64,000 nt of DNA from Minisyncoccota bacterium (GCA_030583765.1 CP129474.1:405168-469167), one strand, 5' to 3'. Shown: positions 54,229 through 63,813, counted from the first letter of the stretch. Numbers and translations are program-made. The notes: generated by a model from the letters alone, not told the origin.

Positions 54229-56012
54229 TGAAAAGAATCTTCCTTTTTGTGGGCGGTGGCGTTGTGGTCCTTGGCGTGATCGCGGGCTTTGTGTTGCTTT
54301 CTCTTTTTTCAGACCGCTTTTTACCAGGAACGCACATTGGCTCGCTGCCTGTCGGCGGCCTTACCATGGGAGAGGCGGAAGGCGTGGTGCGCGATCGAGT
54401 AGAAGCACTCCTTGCGGAAGGCGTGGTGCTGCGCATCGATAATGAGCGCGAAGAGCGCGTGATGCTCTCTACTGAATCGTTCGCCGTAGATCAGGCGGCA
54501 AGCATCGCGCGTGCATGGAGTGTCGGCCACCGCGGCCCATGGTATGAGCGCCTTTGGGATCGGGCACGTGCGCTTGCGTCTCCTCGAATCATTGCCCCTC
54601 TCGTGACGCAGGATGCGTGGGCGCTCGAGCAGGATATCGCCCTTGTTTCACAAGTAGTCGATCAGCCGGCAAAAGACGTGCGTCTCCATGTGCAGGGAAC
54701 CAGGATTTCTATTCTTTTAGATACAGAGCCTGGGTTGCGCATGAATGCAGAGCAAGTGCTTTCTGATGTCAGTGCACGCTTGTACCTGCTTGATGCTACT
54801 CCAGTTGTTGCGCTACGTACGCCGCATGCGCCGATTGCTGACCCCGTAACCGCTGCTGAGGCCAAGAGCGCTGCTGAGCGCCTGATTCGGACTCCATTGA
54901 CGCTGCGCATCCAAGATGCAGAAGATGTCCTTATTACTCGCACACAGCTCGCCTCTTGGTTAGTTACGAAGTATGAGGGCTCGCGCGTAGTTGCTGGTAT
55001 CAACGATCGTATGGTGAGTTCGTTTGTGACCAACGTTGCTGGGCGCACCAATATTCCAGCTCAAAATGCGGCGCTGACAATTGCTGATGGCCGCGTGACG
55101 TCCTTCACGCCCCCTCGTTCAGGCCTTGCTGTTCAAGAGGAAGACCTCGTGCGTGCTATCCTTGCCGAACTCGACGCTCGCGCCACGGGGTCGTCAGCGC
55201 GTGCAGCTATTGATGTGCCACTCAAAGTAACAAGGCCACAAGAAAATGAGCTCGATCCTGCTTTCGGTATTACTGAGCGCATTGGAGGCGCTACAACTAG
55301 CTTTAAGGGGAGCCCATCAAATCGCGTGGGGAATATAAAGAATGGAACGAAGTTTTTGAGTGGCGTTATCGTGCGCCCTGGTGAAGAGTTCTCTACGATC
55401 AAAACGCTGGGCGTCATTGATAATACACAGGGCTACTTACCTGAGCTGGTGATTCGAGGCGATCAAACAATCCCAGAATTTGGCGGAGGGCTATGCCAAG
55501 TTTCGACAACACTCTTTCGCGCAGTGATGGATGCGGGTCTGCCGGTGACGGCGCGTCGCAACCACTCTTACCGTGTTTCATACTATGAAAATGATGGTGA
55601 CGGAAAATATATCGGGCCCGGCCTTGACGCAACGATCTACGAACCGTATCCCGATTTTCGATTTAAAAATGATACTGCACACCCCATATTGCTTTATGGC
55701 TTTGTGAAAGGGGATCGAGTGACGTTTGAATTGTATGGAACCGCAGACGGCCGGTCGAGTAAGATTGTCGGCCCCACAACGCTCACCGAAGTCCCTGCAG
55801 GGGAGCCTATTTATACAGATACTGACACATTGCCAAAAGGCGTTGTGAAGCAAACTGAAACACCGCACCCTGGCGGCACTGCAGTTGCCAGCTATTTCAT
55901 TACCTATGCAGATGGAACGGAAAAAAAGCAAGAGTTTACGTCCGTCTATCGTCCGTGGCCGGCCCGCTTTCTCGTCGGCACAGGGGAGCCGGCTACTCCT
56001 GCAGCGCAGTAG
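54225..56012 (+). CDS. VanW-family protein
   Basis: An N-terminal TM segment and a VanW core (GGATTSFKGSPSNRVGNIKNG...PGEEFS...GGGLCQVSTTLFRA). It overlaps the previous stop by 4 bp. Confidence 0.75.
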   Translation: MMKRIFLFVGGGVVVLGVIAGFVLLSLFSDRFLPGTHIGSLPVGGLTMGEAEGVVRDRVEALLAEGVVLRIDNEREERVMLSTESFAVDQAASIARAWSVGHRGPWYERLWDRARALASPRIIAPLVTQDAWALEQDIALVSQVVDQPAKDVRLHVQGTRISILLDTEPGLRMNAEQVLSDVSARLYLLDATPVVALRTPHAPIADPVTAAEAKSAAERLIRTPLTLRIQDAEDVLITRTQLASWLVTKYEGSRVVAGINDRMVSSFVTNVAGRTNIPAQNAALTIADGRVTSFTPPRSGLAVQEEDLVRAILAELDARATGSSARAAIDVPLKVTRPQENELDPAFGITERIGGATTSFKGSPSNRVGNIKNGTKFLSGVIVRPGEEFSTIKTLGVIDNTQGYLPELVIRGDQTIPEFGGGLCQVSTTLFRAVMDAGLPVTARRNHSYRVSYYENDGDGKYIGPGLDATIYEPYPDFRFKNDTAHPILLYGFVKGDRVTFELYGTADGRSSKIVGPTTLTEVPAGEPIYTDTDTLPKGVVKQTETPHPGGTAVASYFITYADGTEKKQEFTSVYRPWPARFLVGTGEPATPAAQ

Positions 56013-56147
56013 AGATATGCACATGAGTGCTCCACGGCATGGGGGTGCATGCTATACTTTTTCTATACGTAGTGCGCACGCCATGTCCGCACCGCGCTCC
56101 GAGGGAGCGCATGTGCGTCCGCATTCGTTGCTTCCATCTAACTAAGC

Positions 56148-56648
56148 ATGCAATCGAATATGAAATATCTTTGGTATGGTATCGGAGCCCTTGTGGTGCT
56201 CTTCGTCGTGTTTAATGTTACGTCAAATAGTCCGGTAACAGCGCCCGATGCAAATAATCCTGGTCAGGCGATGAACGCAACGCCAGTGCCGTCATCGGCG
56301 CCGGCACAAGCAACGCCAAAAGTTGCTGCAAAGCCGAAGAGCACAACGCCTTCGTCTTCGAGCAATATTTCGTATGAAGAGGCGCTTCGTTTGTACAGCA
56401 AATCGCGCATTCAATTTGGAGTGACGTGCCAGGCGAGCCCAAATTCAATTACGGTTTTGAATGGTACGAATGTGATGTTTGATAACCGTTCAGGAGATGC
56501 GCGCTGGATTGCCCTCAATGGCCAAGCATACTATTTGGAGGGGTATGGCTTTAAGATCCTCCCGATGAAGAGCCAGACGTTGCCGCAGACAGTCGTGCTT
56601 GATTGTGGTGCAGCAAAGAATGTTGGTAAAATCCTCATCCAGCAATAA
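56148..56648 (+). CDS. Hypothetical secreted/anchored protein (N-terminal TM, Pro/Ala/Ser-rich linker)
   Basis: An ATG-initiated ORF. It ends at a strong terminator. Confidence 0.5.
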   Translation: MQSNMKYLWYGIGALVVLFVVFNVTSNSPVTAPDANNPGQAMNATPVPSSAPAQATPKVAAKPKSTTPSSSSNISYEEALRLYSKSRIQFGVTCQASPNSITVLNGTNVMFDNRSGDARWIALNGQAYYLEGYGFKILPMKSQTLPQTVVLDCGAAKNVGKILIQQ

Positions 56649-56669
56649 CCATCTGCGAGCACAGAAACC

Positions 56670-56693
56670 AAAACGGGGCACGTGCCCCGTTTT
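56670..56693 (+). terminator. Rho-independent terminator AAAACGGGGCACGTGCCCCGTTTT
   Basis: A perfect palindromic stem plus a T-run. Confidence 0.7.
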
Positions 56694-56701
56694 AGCTTCT
56701 G

Positions 56702-56729
56702 TTGACAAAATATTAATAGCGTATATGAT
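56702..56729 (+). promoter_or_regulatory. sigma70-like promoter (TTGACA, 16-nt spacer, TATGAT) driving a non-coding transcript
   Basis: TTGACA at 56702-56707 and TATGAT at 56724-56729. Confidence 0.55.
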
Positions 56730-56735
56730 GTGGCG

Positions 56736-56968
56736 TGCTTGAGTAACAATTGCCTGGCGGCCACCTCGTCGTAGAGAGGCGTTTGGGTTCAAGTCCCATT
56801 AGTTGGGGATTGCGGAGAGTATACGCGGTGCGCAGTATAGGCGGGAGGCATTGAAGCAAACTTTTCGGAGCTTGCTGAGCCGACAGTGAGATACCGCCCT
56901 AAGCGTGGAAACCCAATATCCTACTCAAGCACACCCTCATGCCCCGCACATCGCGGGGCTCTTTTTTA
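56736..56968 (+). ncRNA. Candidate structured small RNA (about 230 nt) with its own promoter and terminator; the family could not be assigned (6S-like terminal helix)
   Basis: The 5' GTGCTTGAGTA pairs with the 3' TACTCAAGCAC as a closing helix. There is an internal T-arm-like GGGTTCAAGTCCC, and the RNA ends in the terminator GCCCCGC-acat-GCGGGGC+T7. It contains no ORF. Confidence 0.45.
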
Positions 56969-57006
56969 ACTGGTCTCGTAGAGCTGGATTCACCCGCATA
57001 CGTCTC

Positions 57007-57035
57007 TTGACGTATTATTATAATGCGAGTATAAT
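57007..57035 (+). promoter_or_regulatory. Consensus sigma70 promoter (TTGACG, 17-nt spacer, TATAAT) about 420 nt upstream of tRNA-His with no CDS in between
   Basis: TTGACG at 57007-57012 and TATAAT at 57030-57035. Confidence 0.55.
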
Positions 57036-57459
57036 CGCTTTATTAACAATTAAATATTAATTCAAACGCATTGACGAAGAAAGAGTAGGATTGAGCTAGA
57101 GAAAAGCGAGCCCAGGACAGTGTGAGCTGGGTCTCAAATTCTTTCCGAACACATCTTCCGAGCGGCTAGTGAGAAAGCCATACAGCAAAAACTAGACGGG
57201 GGTCACTCCTCGTGAACGCAAAATCGAGTGCTTAGATTTACCGAAAGGGCGTCTAAGAATAAAGGATGGGACCGCGGGCAGTCGTTAAGACTCTCGTTCC
57301 TTTTGTTTGCTATTCAATTTTTGGATAGTGCAAAAGGAATGGGAGTTTTTGCGTTTTTAAGGCGAAAGGAGGCCTATGCGCAAGCAACACCATCGAGCGC
57401 TGGGCGGCATGGGACCGCACTAGGCTCGGGGAGGAGATAATCTCTCCTCCCGCCGTTCT

Positions 57460-57533
57460 GGTTCTGGTAGCTCAATAGAAGAGCGGTGCCCTGTGAAGGC
57501 ATTGGTTGCGGGTGCAAGTCCCGTCCAGAACCC
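57460..57533 (+). tRNA. tRNA-His (anticodon GUG) with encoded G-1
   Basis: G-1 at 57460, acceptor GTTCTGG/CCAGAAC, D-arm GCTCAATAGAAGAGC, anticodon loop CTGTGAA, and T-arm GCGGGTGCAAGTCCCGT. The downstream ATG overlaps the 3' end. Confidence 0.8.
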
Positions 57534-58439
57534 ATGAGTTATAAAAAGAAGAAACAACAAAAGAGCATTGTTAACCAACTCAGCTATCGCGTTGGGTTGG
57601 TTAAAGCTGCGCTTTTGAAGTTCTGGTCACAGTTTAACAGAAAGGAGAAATGTGTGCGCTTACCACAAACGCAACGCGTAATGGAAACGCTCCGGATTCT
57701 CAATCGGGGCGTTCGCAAAAACAACAAGCGGGTCGATGGTTGGGTGGATGAATATGTAAATTCATGCGCTCTCAATGGACAGCCAGTCGAGGTATTACTT
57801 CAATGGTGCACCGCCCTAGGATTGGAGCGGCGGAAGGCTCAGCAGGGAGGCAGATTCATTCCACTTCCCGCAGAGCGTGAGCTTATTGAGAAAGAAATGC
57901 CACGTATCCTTAATCTCTTTACTCAAAACAGCATCGAGGTGACGTGGTTCGTCACGTTCAACCGTTCCTATGTGCAAGAACGACGTTTGCCGGCAGAACC
58001 CTTCCGAGAATATATGGACATGATCCGAGAGCTCGCTCAAGACATTCCTGAGCTATCTCGTGTTGTCTTTCTTGACTGGGAGGCTGATGTCCTTGGAGGG
58101 GAGCCGAAGCCAAGTCCTGCAGTGCTCACTAACTTCGATGCCTTCATCTCGAAACAGGCGCTTTTAGTGGAGCTTCAAAACTTCACTCGCATGCTTGCGG
58201 CATATCCTGGGAAGCAGGCAACTCCAGAAGAGCTTAAAGAAGAAGCAAAGCTTCGTATTGCTTGCGAAGCTGAAGAAGCTCGCTTCTTGACGGGCGGTGA
58301 CTCACCGTTCCGAAAAGGGGAGTTCATCCTTATCCCACTGGAGGTGCCAGAGCGGTACGCTTTCTTCCGAACGCTGGTTCCAGACTTCGATAAGAGGATT
58401 GTCTCGGTCGTGAAGCAGTATCCTTGGCGAGTGTCGTAG
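57534..58439 (+). CDS. Hypothetical protein (301 aa, Lys-rich N-terminus) between tRNA-His and tRNA-Met
   Basis: An ATG start directly after the tRNA. The gene ends at a strong terminator and has somewhat lower GC than the flanks. The track ORF starts at 57486 inside the tRNA. Confidence 0.5.
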   Translation: MSYKKKKQQKSIVNQLSYRVGLVKAALLKFWSQFNRKEKCVRLPQTQRVMETLRILNRGVRKNNKRVDGWVDEYVNSCALNGQPVEVLLQWCTALGLERRKAQQGGRFIPLPAERELIEKEMPRILNLFTQNSIEVTWFVTFNRSYVQERRLPAEPFREYMDMIRELAQDIPELSRVVFLDWEADVLGGEPKPSPAVLTNFDAFISKQALLVELQNFTRMLAAYPGKQATPEELKEEAKLRIACEAEEARFLTGGDSPFRKGEFILIPLEVPERYAFFRTLVPDFDKRIVSVVKQYPWRVS

Positions 58440-58448
58440 CAGTGCAAA

Positions 58449-58476
58449 GGGCTCCGCAGTTACGGAGCCCTTTTTT
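58449..58476 (+). terminator. Rho-independent terminator GGGCTCCG-cagtta-CGGAGCCC + TTTTTT
   Basis: A perfect 8-bp stem and a T6 run. Confidence 0.7.
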
Positions 58477-58593
58477 CTTGTACCCGCCGCCTACTGGCGC
58501 GGGGCACTGCGTCGCCTTCGCTCGCATTACGCTTGTACCCCTTCGGGGCACTGCGCAAACGGCCATTTGTTTTTTCTATTGAGCGTTTGCTTG

Positions 58594-58665
58594 TTGCGGG
58601 GGCTGGATTCGAACCAGCGACCTCCAGGTTATGAGCCTGGCGAGATACCACTTCTCCACCCCGCG
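58594..58665 (-). tRNA. tRNA with anticodon CAU (elongator Met or Ile2-type)
   Basis: The reverse complement gives ...GAGAAGTGGTATCTC-G-CCAGG-CTCATAA-CCTGG...GCTGGTTCGAATCCAGC-CCCCGCA. The exact ends are uncertain by 1-2 nt. Confidence 0.7.
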
Positions 58666-58761
58666 ATATAAGTGCCCTGTGAATATACCAGCAAAAAGAG
58701 GGGAGGGCAAGTCGGCTCCGTTGAAAAAACAAAGGAAATCGTGTACGATGCTGATACTTTT

Positions 58762-58837
58762 GCCGGCGTAGCTCAGTGGTTAGAGCGAAGCATTCATAAC
58801 GCTTAGGTCGGAGGTTCGATCCCTCCCGCCGGCACCA
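58762..58837 (+). tRNA. tRNA with anticodon CAU (Met/fMet/Ile2-type), CCA encoded
   Basis: Acceptor GCCGGCG/CGCCGGC-A-CCA, D-arm TAGCTCAGTGGTTAGAGC, anticodon loop TTCATAA, and T-arm GGAGGTTCGATCCCTCC. Confidence 0.8.
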
Positions 58838-58841
58838 CACT

Positions 58842-60128
58842 ATGAACCTTATCCATTCCACCCACACGTTTCCTTCAGGTTTGCGCGTTGTCACTATCCC
58901 CATGCCTGCCACGCAGACGGCAACCGTGCTCGTGCTTGTGGGTACGGGTTCTAAATACGAGGCAAAGGAAATCGGAGGAATTTCGCATTTCTTGGAACAC
59001 ATGATGTTCAAGGGAACAGAGCGTCGCCCTGGTCCGCTTGATATCGCGCGCGAGCTTGATGGCATTGGTGCGGATTACAACGCATTTACGAGCAAGGAAG
59101 TCACGGGTTATTACGCAAAAGCAAGCGTCGCGAAGCTCGATGTGATTACTGATGTTGTTTTCGATATTTTTCAGAACGCGCTTCTTGATGAGACGGCGAT
59201 TGAGCGTGAAAAAGGTCCGGTGATTGAAGAGATCAACATGGATAAAGACAATCCTATGCGCCATGTGGCTGATGTGTTTGAAGACGCAATGTATGGGGAT
59301 CAGCCGGCAGGGTGGGACATTGCGGGGACGAAAGAATCAGTTGCTGCACTCACGCGCGATCAGGTCGCTGATTATTTTCATTCACACTATGTTGCAGCAA
59401 ACACGGTGATCGCAGTGGCGGGGAATGTGAGTCACGAAGACGTTGTTGCTCGTGTCACAAAAGCATTCGTGCATGTCCGAGAAAGCGCAGCGCCCACGAA
59501 ACTTACAACGCGCCATGCAGACGCTGGCCCAGTTGTGCGCGCCATAAATCGCGACACAGATCAGACACATTTTATTCTTGGCCTGCGCGGCATCGATTTA
59601 AAAGACGAACGTCGCTATGCTATGGGTCTTGCGAGCACTATTCTTGGTGGTGGTATGAGCTCGCGTCTCTTTACCGAAATTCGGGAGAAGCGAGGGCTCG
59701 CATACTATGTTGGCTCACGACATACTACGTATACGGATAGCGGATATCTCATGATGCGCGCTGGCGTGAATGCTGAAAAGGTGCAGGAAGCGGCGACGGT
59801 CATGCTTGAGCAATGTGCCGACATAGCAATGCGTGGCGTTTCTGAGGAAGAGCTCAAGCGCGCAAAAGATAATATGGAAGGCTCACTTGTGCTGGGTCTT
59901 GAGCACTCGGACACGGTTGCCGATACATACGCTATGTCGTGGCTCCTTGACGGTTCTATTTTGACGCCCGAGCAAGAACTCGATAAACTAAAGGCTGTAA
60001 CTGGCGAAGAAGTTCGTGCTGCAATGCGTGAAATTCTTGCTCCTGAACGCGCTGCACTCGCACTCATTGGCCCACAGAGTAACGAAGGGTCATTACAAGA
60101 GCTCATCATTCAGTATGCCAAACGATAA
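58842..60128 (+). CDS. M16-family zinc peptidase (insulinase-like)
   Basis: The HFLEHMMFKGT (HxxEH) inverted zincin motif plus a second-half M16_C-like region. It starts 5 nt after the tRNA. Confidence 0.85.
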   Translation: MNLIHSTHTFPSGLRVVTIPMPATQTATVLVLVGTGSKYEAKEIGGISHFLEHMMFKGTERRPGPLDIARELDGIGADYNAFTSKEVTGYYAKASVAKLDVITDVVFDIFQNALLDETAIEREKGPVIEEINMDKDNPMRHVADVFEDAMYGDQPAGWDIAGTKESVAALTRDQVADYFHSHYVAANTVIAVAGNVSHEDVVARVTKAFVHVRESAAPTKLTTRHADAGPVVRAINRDTDQTHFILGLRGIDLKDERRYAMGLASTILGGGMSSRLFTEIREKRGLAYYVGSRHTTYTDSGYLMMRAGVNAEKVQEAATVMLEQCADIAMRGVSEEELKRAKDNMEGSLVLGLEHSDTVADTYAMSWLLDGSILTPEQELDKLKAVTGEEVRAAMREILAPERAALALIGPQSNEGSLQELIIQYAKR

Positions 60129-61167
60129 TACTCTTACTCTTGAAATCTCTGCCGCGAGCATTATGCGCGCTCTGGCACTGACTGCCGGGGCGCTTTTGCT
60201 CTATGCGCTTAAGGAGATCTTCGCCATTGTGCTCTTTGCGATTATTATCGCTTCGGGCATTTCTCCGTTTGCGTCTTCGATGGAGAGGCGGGGCATTCCG
60301 CGTATCTTTGCCGTACTTCTCTTATACGTAATTGTCTTTGGGCTCCTGCTCTTCTTAGCATCCCTCGTGATCCCTTTCTTGTCTCAAGATCTTGCACAAC
60401 TCACGTCAGCGTTCCCGCGCATTCTTGAGGGCGTTACATCTTCTCTCGATACAGTACAAAATGGTTCTCCGCGGTATTTTGACTTCGTGAGCGAGCTACA
60501 AAATATTCTCGCCATCTTTAGTAGCTATTTACAGCAATTTTCGCAATCGAGCATCAGTTTTGTGATCAGCATCTTCGGTGGTCTCTTTGCGTTTGTCGCT
60601 ACCATTGTGATCTCATTTTACTTCTCTATCATGAAGGATGGTATTGACGCGTTCATTCGTTCAGTAACTCCCACAAAATACGAGAACTATCTCATTGACC
60701 TATGGCACCGTGCGGAGGTGAAAGTCGGACGTTGGCTCCAGGGGCAAATGCTCCTTGCGCTTATTGTTGGCTTGCTGGTGTATGTGGGCCTCGAGCTCTT
60801 CAATGTAAAGTTTGCGCTCTTGTTGGGCATCCTCGCTATGGCGCTAGAGATTGTTCCATTTGCAGGTCCCATCCTTGCGGCGATTCCCGCTATCGGCCTC
60901 GCGTTTCTTCAGGATCCGATGCTTGGTGTGTGGGTATTCGTTTTCTATGGCTTGGTGCAGCAGATTGAAAGTCACGTGTTGGCTCCTCTCGTGTTAGGAA
61001 AAACAACCGGCATGAATCCGGTCGTGGTTATTCTAGCATTATTGATCGGTGCGAAACTCTATGGAATTGCAGGGGCGCTCCTTGGCGTGCCCGTAGCGAC
61101 GGTTGTGGTTGAGGTGATTGATGACCTTGCGCGCCGTAAGGAGCTCCGCCGACAGCAGTCGGCATAA
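60115..61167 (+). CDS. AI-2E family transporter (UPF0118/PerM-like permease)
   Basis: About 8 TM segments and a C-terminal LGVPVATVVVEV...RRKELRRQ, typical of the family. The ATG at 60115 overlaps the upstream gene by 14 nt. Confidence 0.75.
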   Translation: MPNDNTLTLEISAASIMRALALTAGALLLYALKEIFAIVLFAIIIASGISPFASSMERRGIPRIFAVLLLYVIVFGLLLFLASLVIPFLSQDLAQLTSAFPRILEGVTSSLDTVQNGSPRYFDFVSELQNILAIFSSYLQQFSQSSISFVISIFGGLFAFVATIVISFYFSIMKDGIDAFIRSVTPTKYENYLIDLWHRAEVKVGRWLQGQMLLALIVGLLVYVGLELFNVKFALLLGILAMALEIVPFAGPILAAIPAIGLAFLQDPMLGVWVFVFYGLVQQIESHVLAPLVLGKTTGMNPVVVILALLIGAKLYGIAGALLGVPVATVVVEVIDDLARRKELRRQQSA

Positions 61168-61168
61168 C

Positions 61169-61906
61169 ATGGGAACTCTTTTTATCGTTGCAACGCCGAT
61201 AGGGAATCTTGACGATATTACCTTGCGTGCAATCAATACGCTCGCAAGTGCAGACGTTATCTTTGCGGAAGATACGCGCACTACCCGGGTGCTGTGTGAG
61301 AGGCATGCCATTAAGACGCCACTCGTTGCTTTCCATCAGCACAGCAGCGCACATGCTTTTCGGAAGGTTGCTGATGCGCTCCGTGGAGGTCAGCGCGTCG
61401 CGCTTGTTTCTGACGCAGGGACTCCAGGGATTAACGATCCGGGCGGCATGCTCATTGCGTTTATCCGTGAGGCGGTTCCTGACGCGCACATCGTTCCCAT
61501 TCCGGGTGCCAATGCAGCCGTTGCTGCGCTTTCGGTGAGCGGGTTTCCTGCAGATCGTTTCGTATACCTTGGTTTCCCACCACACAAAAAGGGCCGTCAG
61601 ACCTTCTTCCGCTCTCTTGCAGAGATGCATGATACATTGGTACTCTACGAGTCGAAGCATCGAATCTTAAAGACGCTTGAAGCGTTGCGCGATGTTTCAC
61701 GCATAGGAGAGCGGCAACTGCTAGTGGCCCGTGAACTCACGAAACAGTTTGAGACTATTGTGCGAGGCACTATCGAAGAGGTGATTCGCGAGTTCTCTCG
61801 AGGTGATCCACGCGGAGAGTTTGTGGTCGTTGTTGCTCCAGAGAAGCGAAGTGTGCGGAAGAATAAAGAGTCAGAAGAAGACCCAACCGAAGAAGATGCA
61901 GAATAA
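61169..61906 (+). CDS. rsmI: 16S rRNA (cytidine1402-2'-O)-methyltransferase RsmI
   Basis: MGTLFIVATPIGNLDDITLRAINTLASADVIFAEDTR, a tetrapyrrole-methylase-fold signature. Confidence 0.85.
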   Translation: MGTLFIVATPIGNLDDITLRAINTLASADVIFAEDTRTTRVLCERHAIKTPLVAFHQHSSAHAFRKVADALRGGQRVALVSDAGTPGINDPGGMLIAFIREAVPDAHIVPIPGANAAVAALSVSGFPADRFVYLGFPPHKKGRQTFFRSLAEMHDTLVLYESKHRILKTLEALRDVSRIGERQLLVARELTKQFETIVRGTIEEVIREFSRGDPRGEFVVVVAPEKRSVRKNKESEEDPTEEDAE

Positions 61907-63431
61907 TCGCTTTTACATTACGACAGCTATACCATATGTGAATGCCCAACCCCACATTGGTTTTGCGTTGGAACTCGTGCAAGCTGACGCACTTGCGCGA
62001 TATCATCGCATGCTTGGCGAAGACGTGCGCTTGGTAAATGGCAGTGATGAGAATGCGCTCAAAAATGTACAAGCGGCGGAAAAGGCCGGTGTCTCAGTGC
62101 AGGCATTTGTAGATGAGCATGCCCAGCGGTTCCAGGGCCTCTCAGATGTGCGGGTGCTTAATATTTCAAATGATGATTTTATCCGTACCACGGAAGAGCG
62201 TCACGTGCGCGGTGCTCAAAAGCTTTGGGCGGCATGCAAAAAGGAAGACATTTATAAGAAGACATACGATGGGTTGTATTGCGTCGGGTGCGAAGAATTT
62301 AAGACCCCCAAAGAACTTATTGACGGGCTGTGTCCTGAGCACAGAGTAGCGCCAGAACGCGTTGCTGAAGAAAATTATTTTTTCAGACTTTCTCACTACC
62401 AAAATGCACTGCTCGAGCTTATCGAGTCGGGCGCGCTTACTATTACGCCAAGTACCCGCAAGAACGAGGTGCTCTCATTCATTCGTGAAGGGCTCGAAGA
62501 CTTTAGTATTTCTCGGAGTGTCGCCCGCGCAAAAGGGTGGGGCATCGATGTGCCAGGAGATTCAAGTCAAAAAATGTACGTCTGGTTTGATGCGCTTACC
62601 AACTATATTACCGCACTCGGATATGCGGATAATGCCGAGTTGTTCCAGCGCTACTGGCTAGAGAATGACCAGCGGGTGCACTTGGTAGGCAAGGGGATCA
62701 CGCGCTTTCACGCTATTTACTGGCCCGCCATGCTTCTCTCTGCTGGCCTTCCCGTGCCCTCAACTATTTTAGTGCACGGATATGTGACTGTTGACGGAGA
62801 AAAGATTTCTAAATCACTGGGCAACGGTATTGATCCCTATGCTGCTGTAGAGCAGTATCGCACTGATGTCGTGCGCTACTTTTTATTGCGCGAGATACCT
62901 TCCGGCGAGGACGGTGATTTTTCTTTCGAAAAACTAAAGGCACGCTATGCAGGCGATCTTGCAAACGGGTTGGGAAATCTTGTACAACGCACCGCGGTTT
63001 TGGCTCAGACTAAAATCGGAGATTCATTTATGTGGGACCTTGCGGGGGAGCGACGCTCTGAGCACTGGCATTTTGTACATGCTGACGAAAATTATCACGC
63101 CGCATTTCAAGAGTTCCGCTTACATGATGCTGTCGCCGACGTATGGAAAAAGATCGCTACAGTGAACCAATACATTAATGAAGAAAAGCCGTGGGCTCTT
63201 GAAGCCGGAGAGCGTCAACGCGACATTCTTTTGCACATGATTGGTATGGTTGCGCACATTGCGTGGCTCCTTCAGCCATTGATGCCAGAGACTGCGCAAA
63301 ACATCTTTGCATTGTTCGGTATTGAGTCAACGAAGGAGCTTATTCCTGGTACGGAGTTGCGCATAGAAAAAGGCGAGGGGTTGTTCCCTCGCCTCCAGCG
63401 GGCGATGCTTAATCGCCCTCGGTGTCGCTGA
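61896..63431 (+). CDS. metG: Methionyl-tRNA synthetase (short form)
   Basis: TTAIPYVNAQPHIGF (HIGH-like) and KISKSLGN (KMSKS), plus an anticodon-binding helical domain. Confidence 0.9.
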   Translation: MQNNRFYITTAIPYVNAQPHIGFALELVQADALARYHRMLGEDVRLVNGSDENALKNVQAAEKAGVSVQAFVDEHAQRFQGLSDVRVLNISNDDFIRTTEERHVRGAQKLWAACKKEDIYKKTYDGLYCVGCEEFKTPKELIDGLCPEHRVAPERVAEENYFFRLSHYQNALLELIESGALTITPSTRKNEVLSFIREGLEDFSISRSVARAKGWGIDVPGDSSQKMYVWFDALTNYITALGYADNAELFQRYWLENDQRVHLVGKGITRFHAIYWPAMLLSAGLPVPSTILVHGYVTVDGEKISKSLGNGIDPYAAVEQYRTDVVRYFLLREIPSGEDGDFSFEKLKARYAGDLANGLGNLVQRTAVLAQTKIGDSFMWDLAGERRSEHWHFVHADENYHAAFQEFRLHDAVADVWKKIATVNQYINEEKPWALEAGERQRDILLHMIGMVAHIAWLLQPLMPETAQNIFALFGIESTKELIPGTELRIEKGEGLFPRLQRAMLNRPRCR

Positions 63432-63813
63432 GCTGTTTGTCCGCGACCCCGCTTTTGTGGACGTAGTAGCCGAGCGGCCAGATCACGAGCGTGAGCCACA
63501 TGGCTCCCGTCACGGTGACGCGTTCCCACTTGTTCTTCCAGTTTGCCCGCGAAAAACCACAGAGCAGGGCAAGGTCTTCGCGCCCCCACGTCTCGTATCG
63601 GTGCAGGAACCAGAAGCCGAGAGCGAAGTAGCAGGCTAGGCCGATGGCTACCGAGCCGAACAGCATGCCGACGACGATCGGCGTGAGCGGCAAGAACCAC
63701 CACCACGCATCGGCGATGCTTTGACAGGTTGCTTTGAACACTAGCGCCTCCTTGGTGCGGTATGGTACGCTTTTCCTTACATTATGCAATACCTGTTCGA
63801 TACCCACGCACAT
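63409..63813 (-). CDS. Hypothetical small membrane protein (2-3 TM segments, Trp-rich)
   Basis: The ORF has high GC and coding-like composition. It is convergent with, and slightly overlaps, the 3' end of metG. The true start is uncertain (possibly the internal Met near 63661). Confidence 0.4.
   Translation of the reverse strand: MCVGIEQVLHNVRKSVPYRTKEALVFKATCQSIADAWWWFLPLTPIVVGMLFGSVAIGLACYFALGFWFLHRYETWGREDLALLCGFSRANWKNKWERVTVTGAMWLTLVIWPLGYYVHKSGVADKQLSDTEGD

Noticed and set aside
57042-57455. Tested the long leader before tRNA-His for RNase P RNA or tmRNA
   Set aside because: No GGAAAGUCCGG/P4 elements, no tmRNA tRNA-like 3' end (T-loop + CCACCA), and no plausible tag reading frame ending in ...AA-stop. 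Left unclassified.
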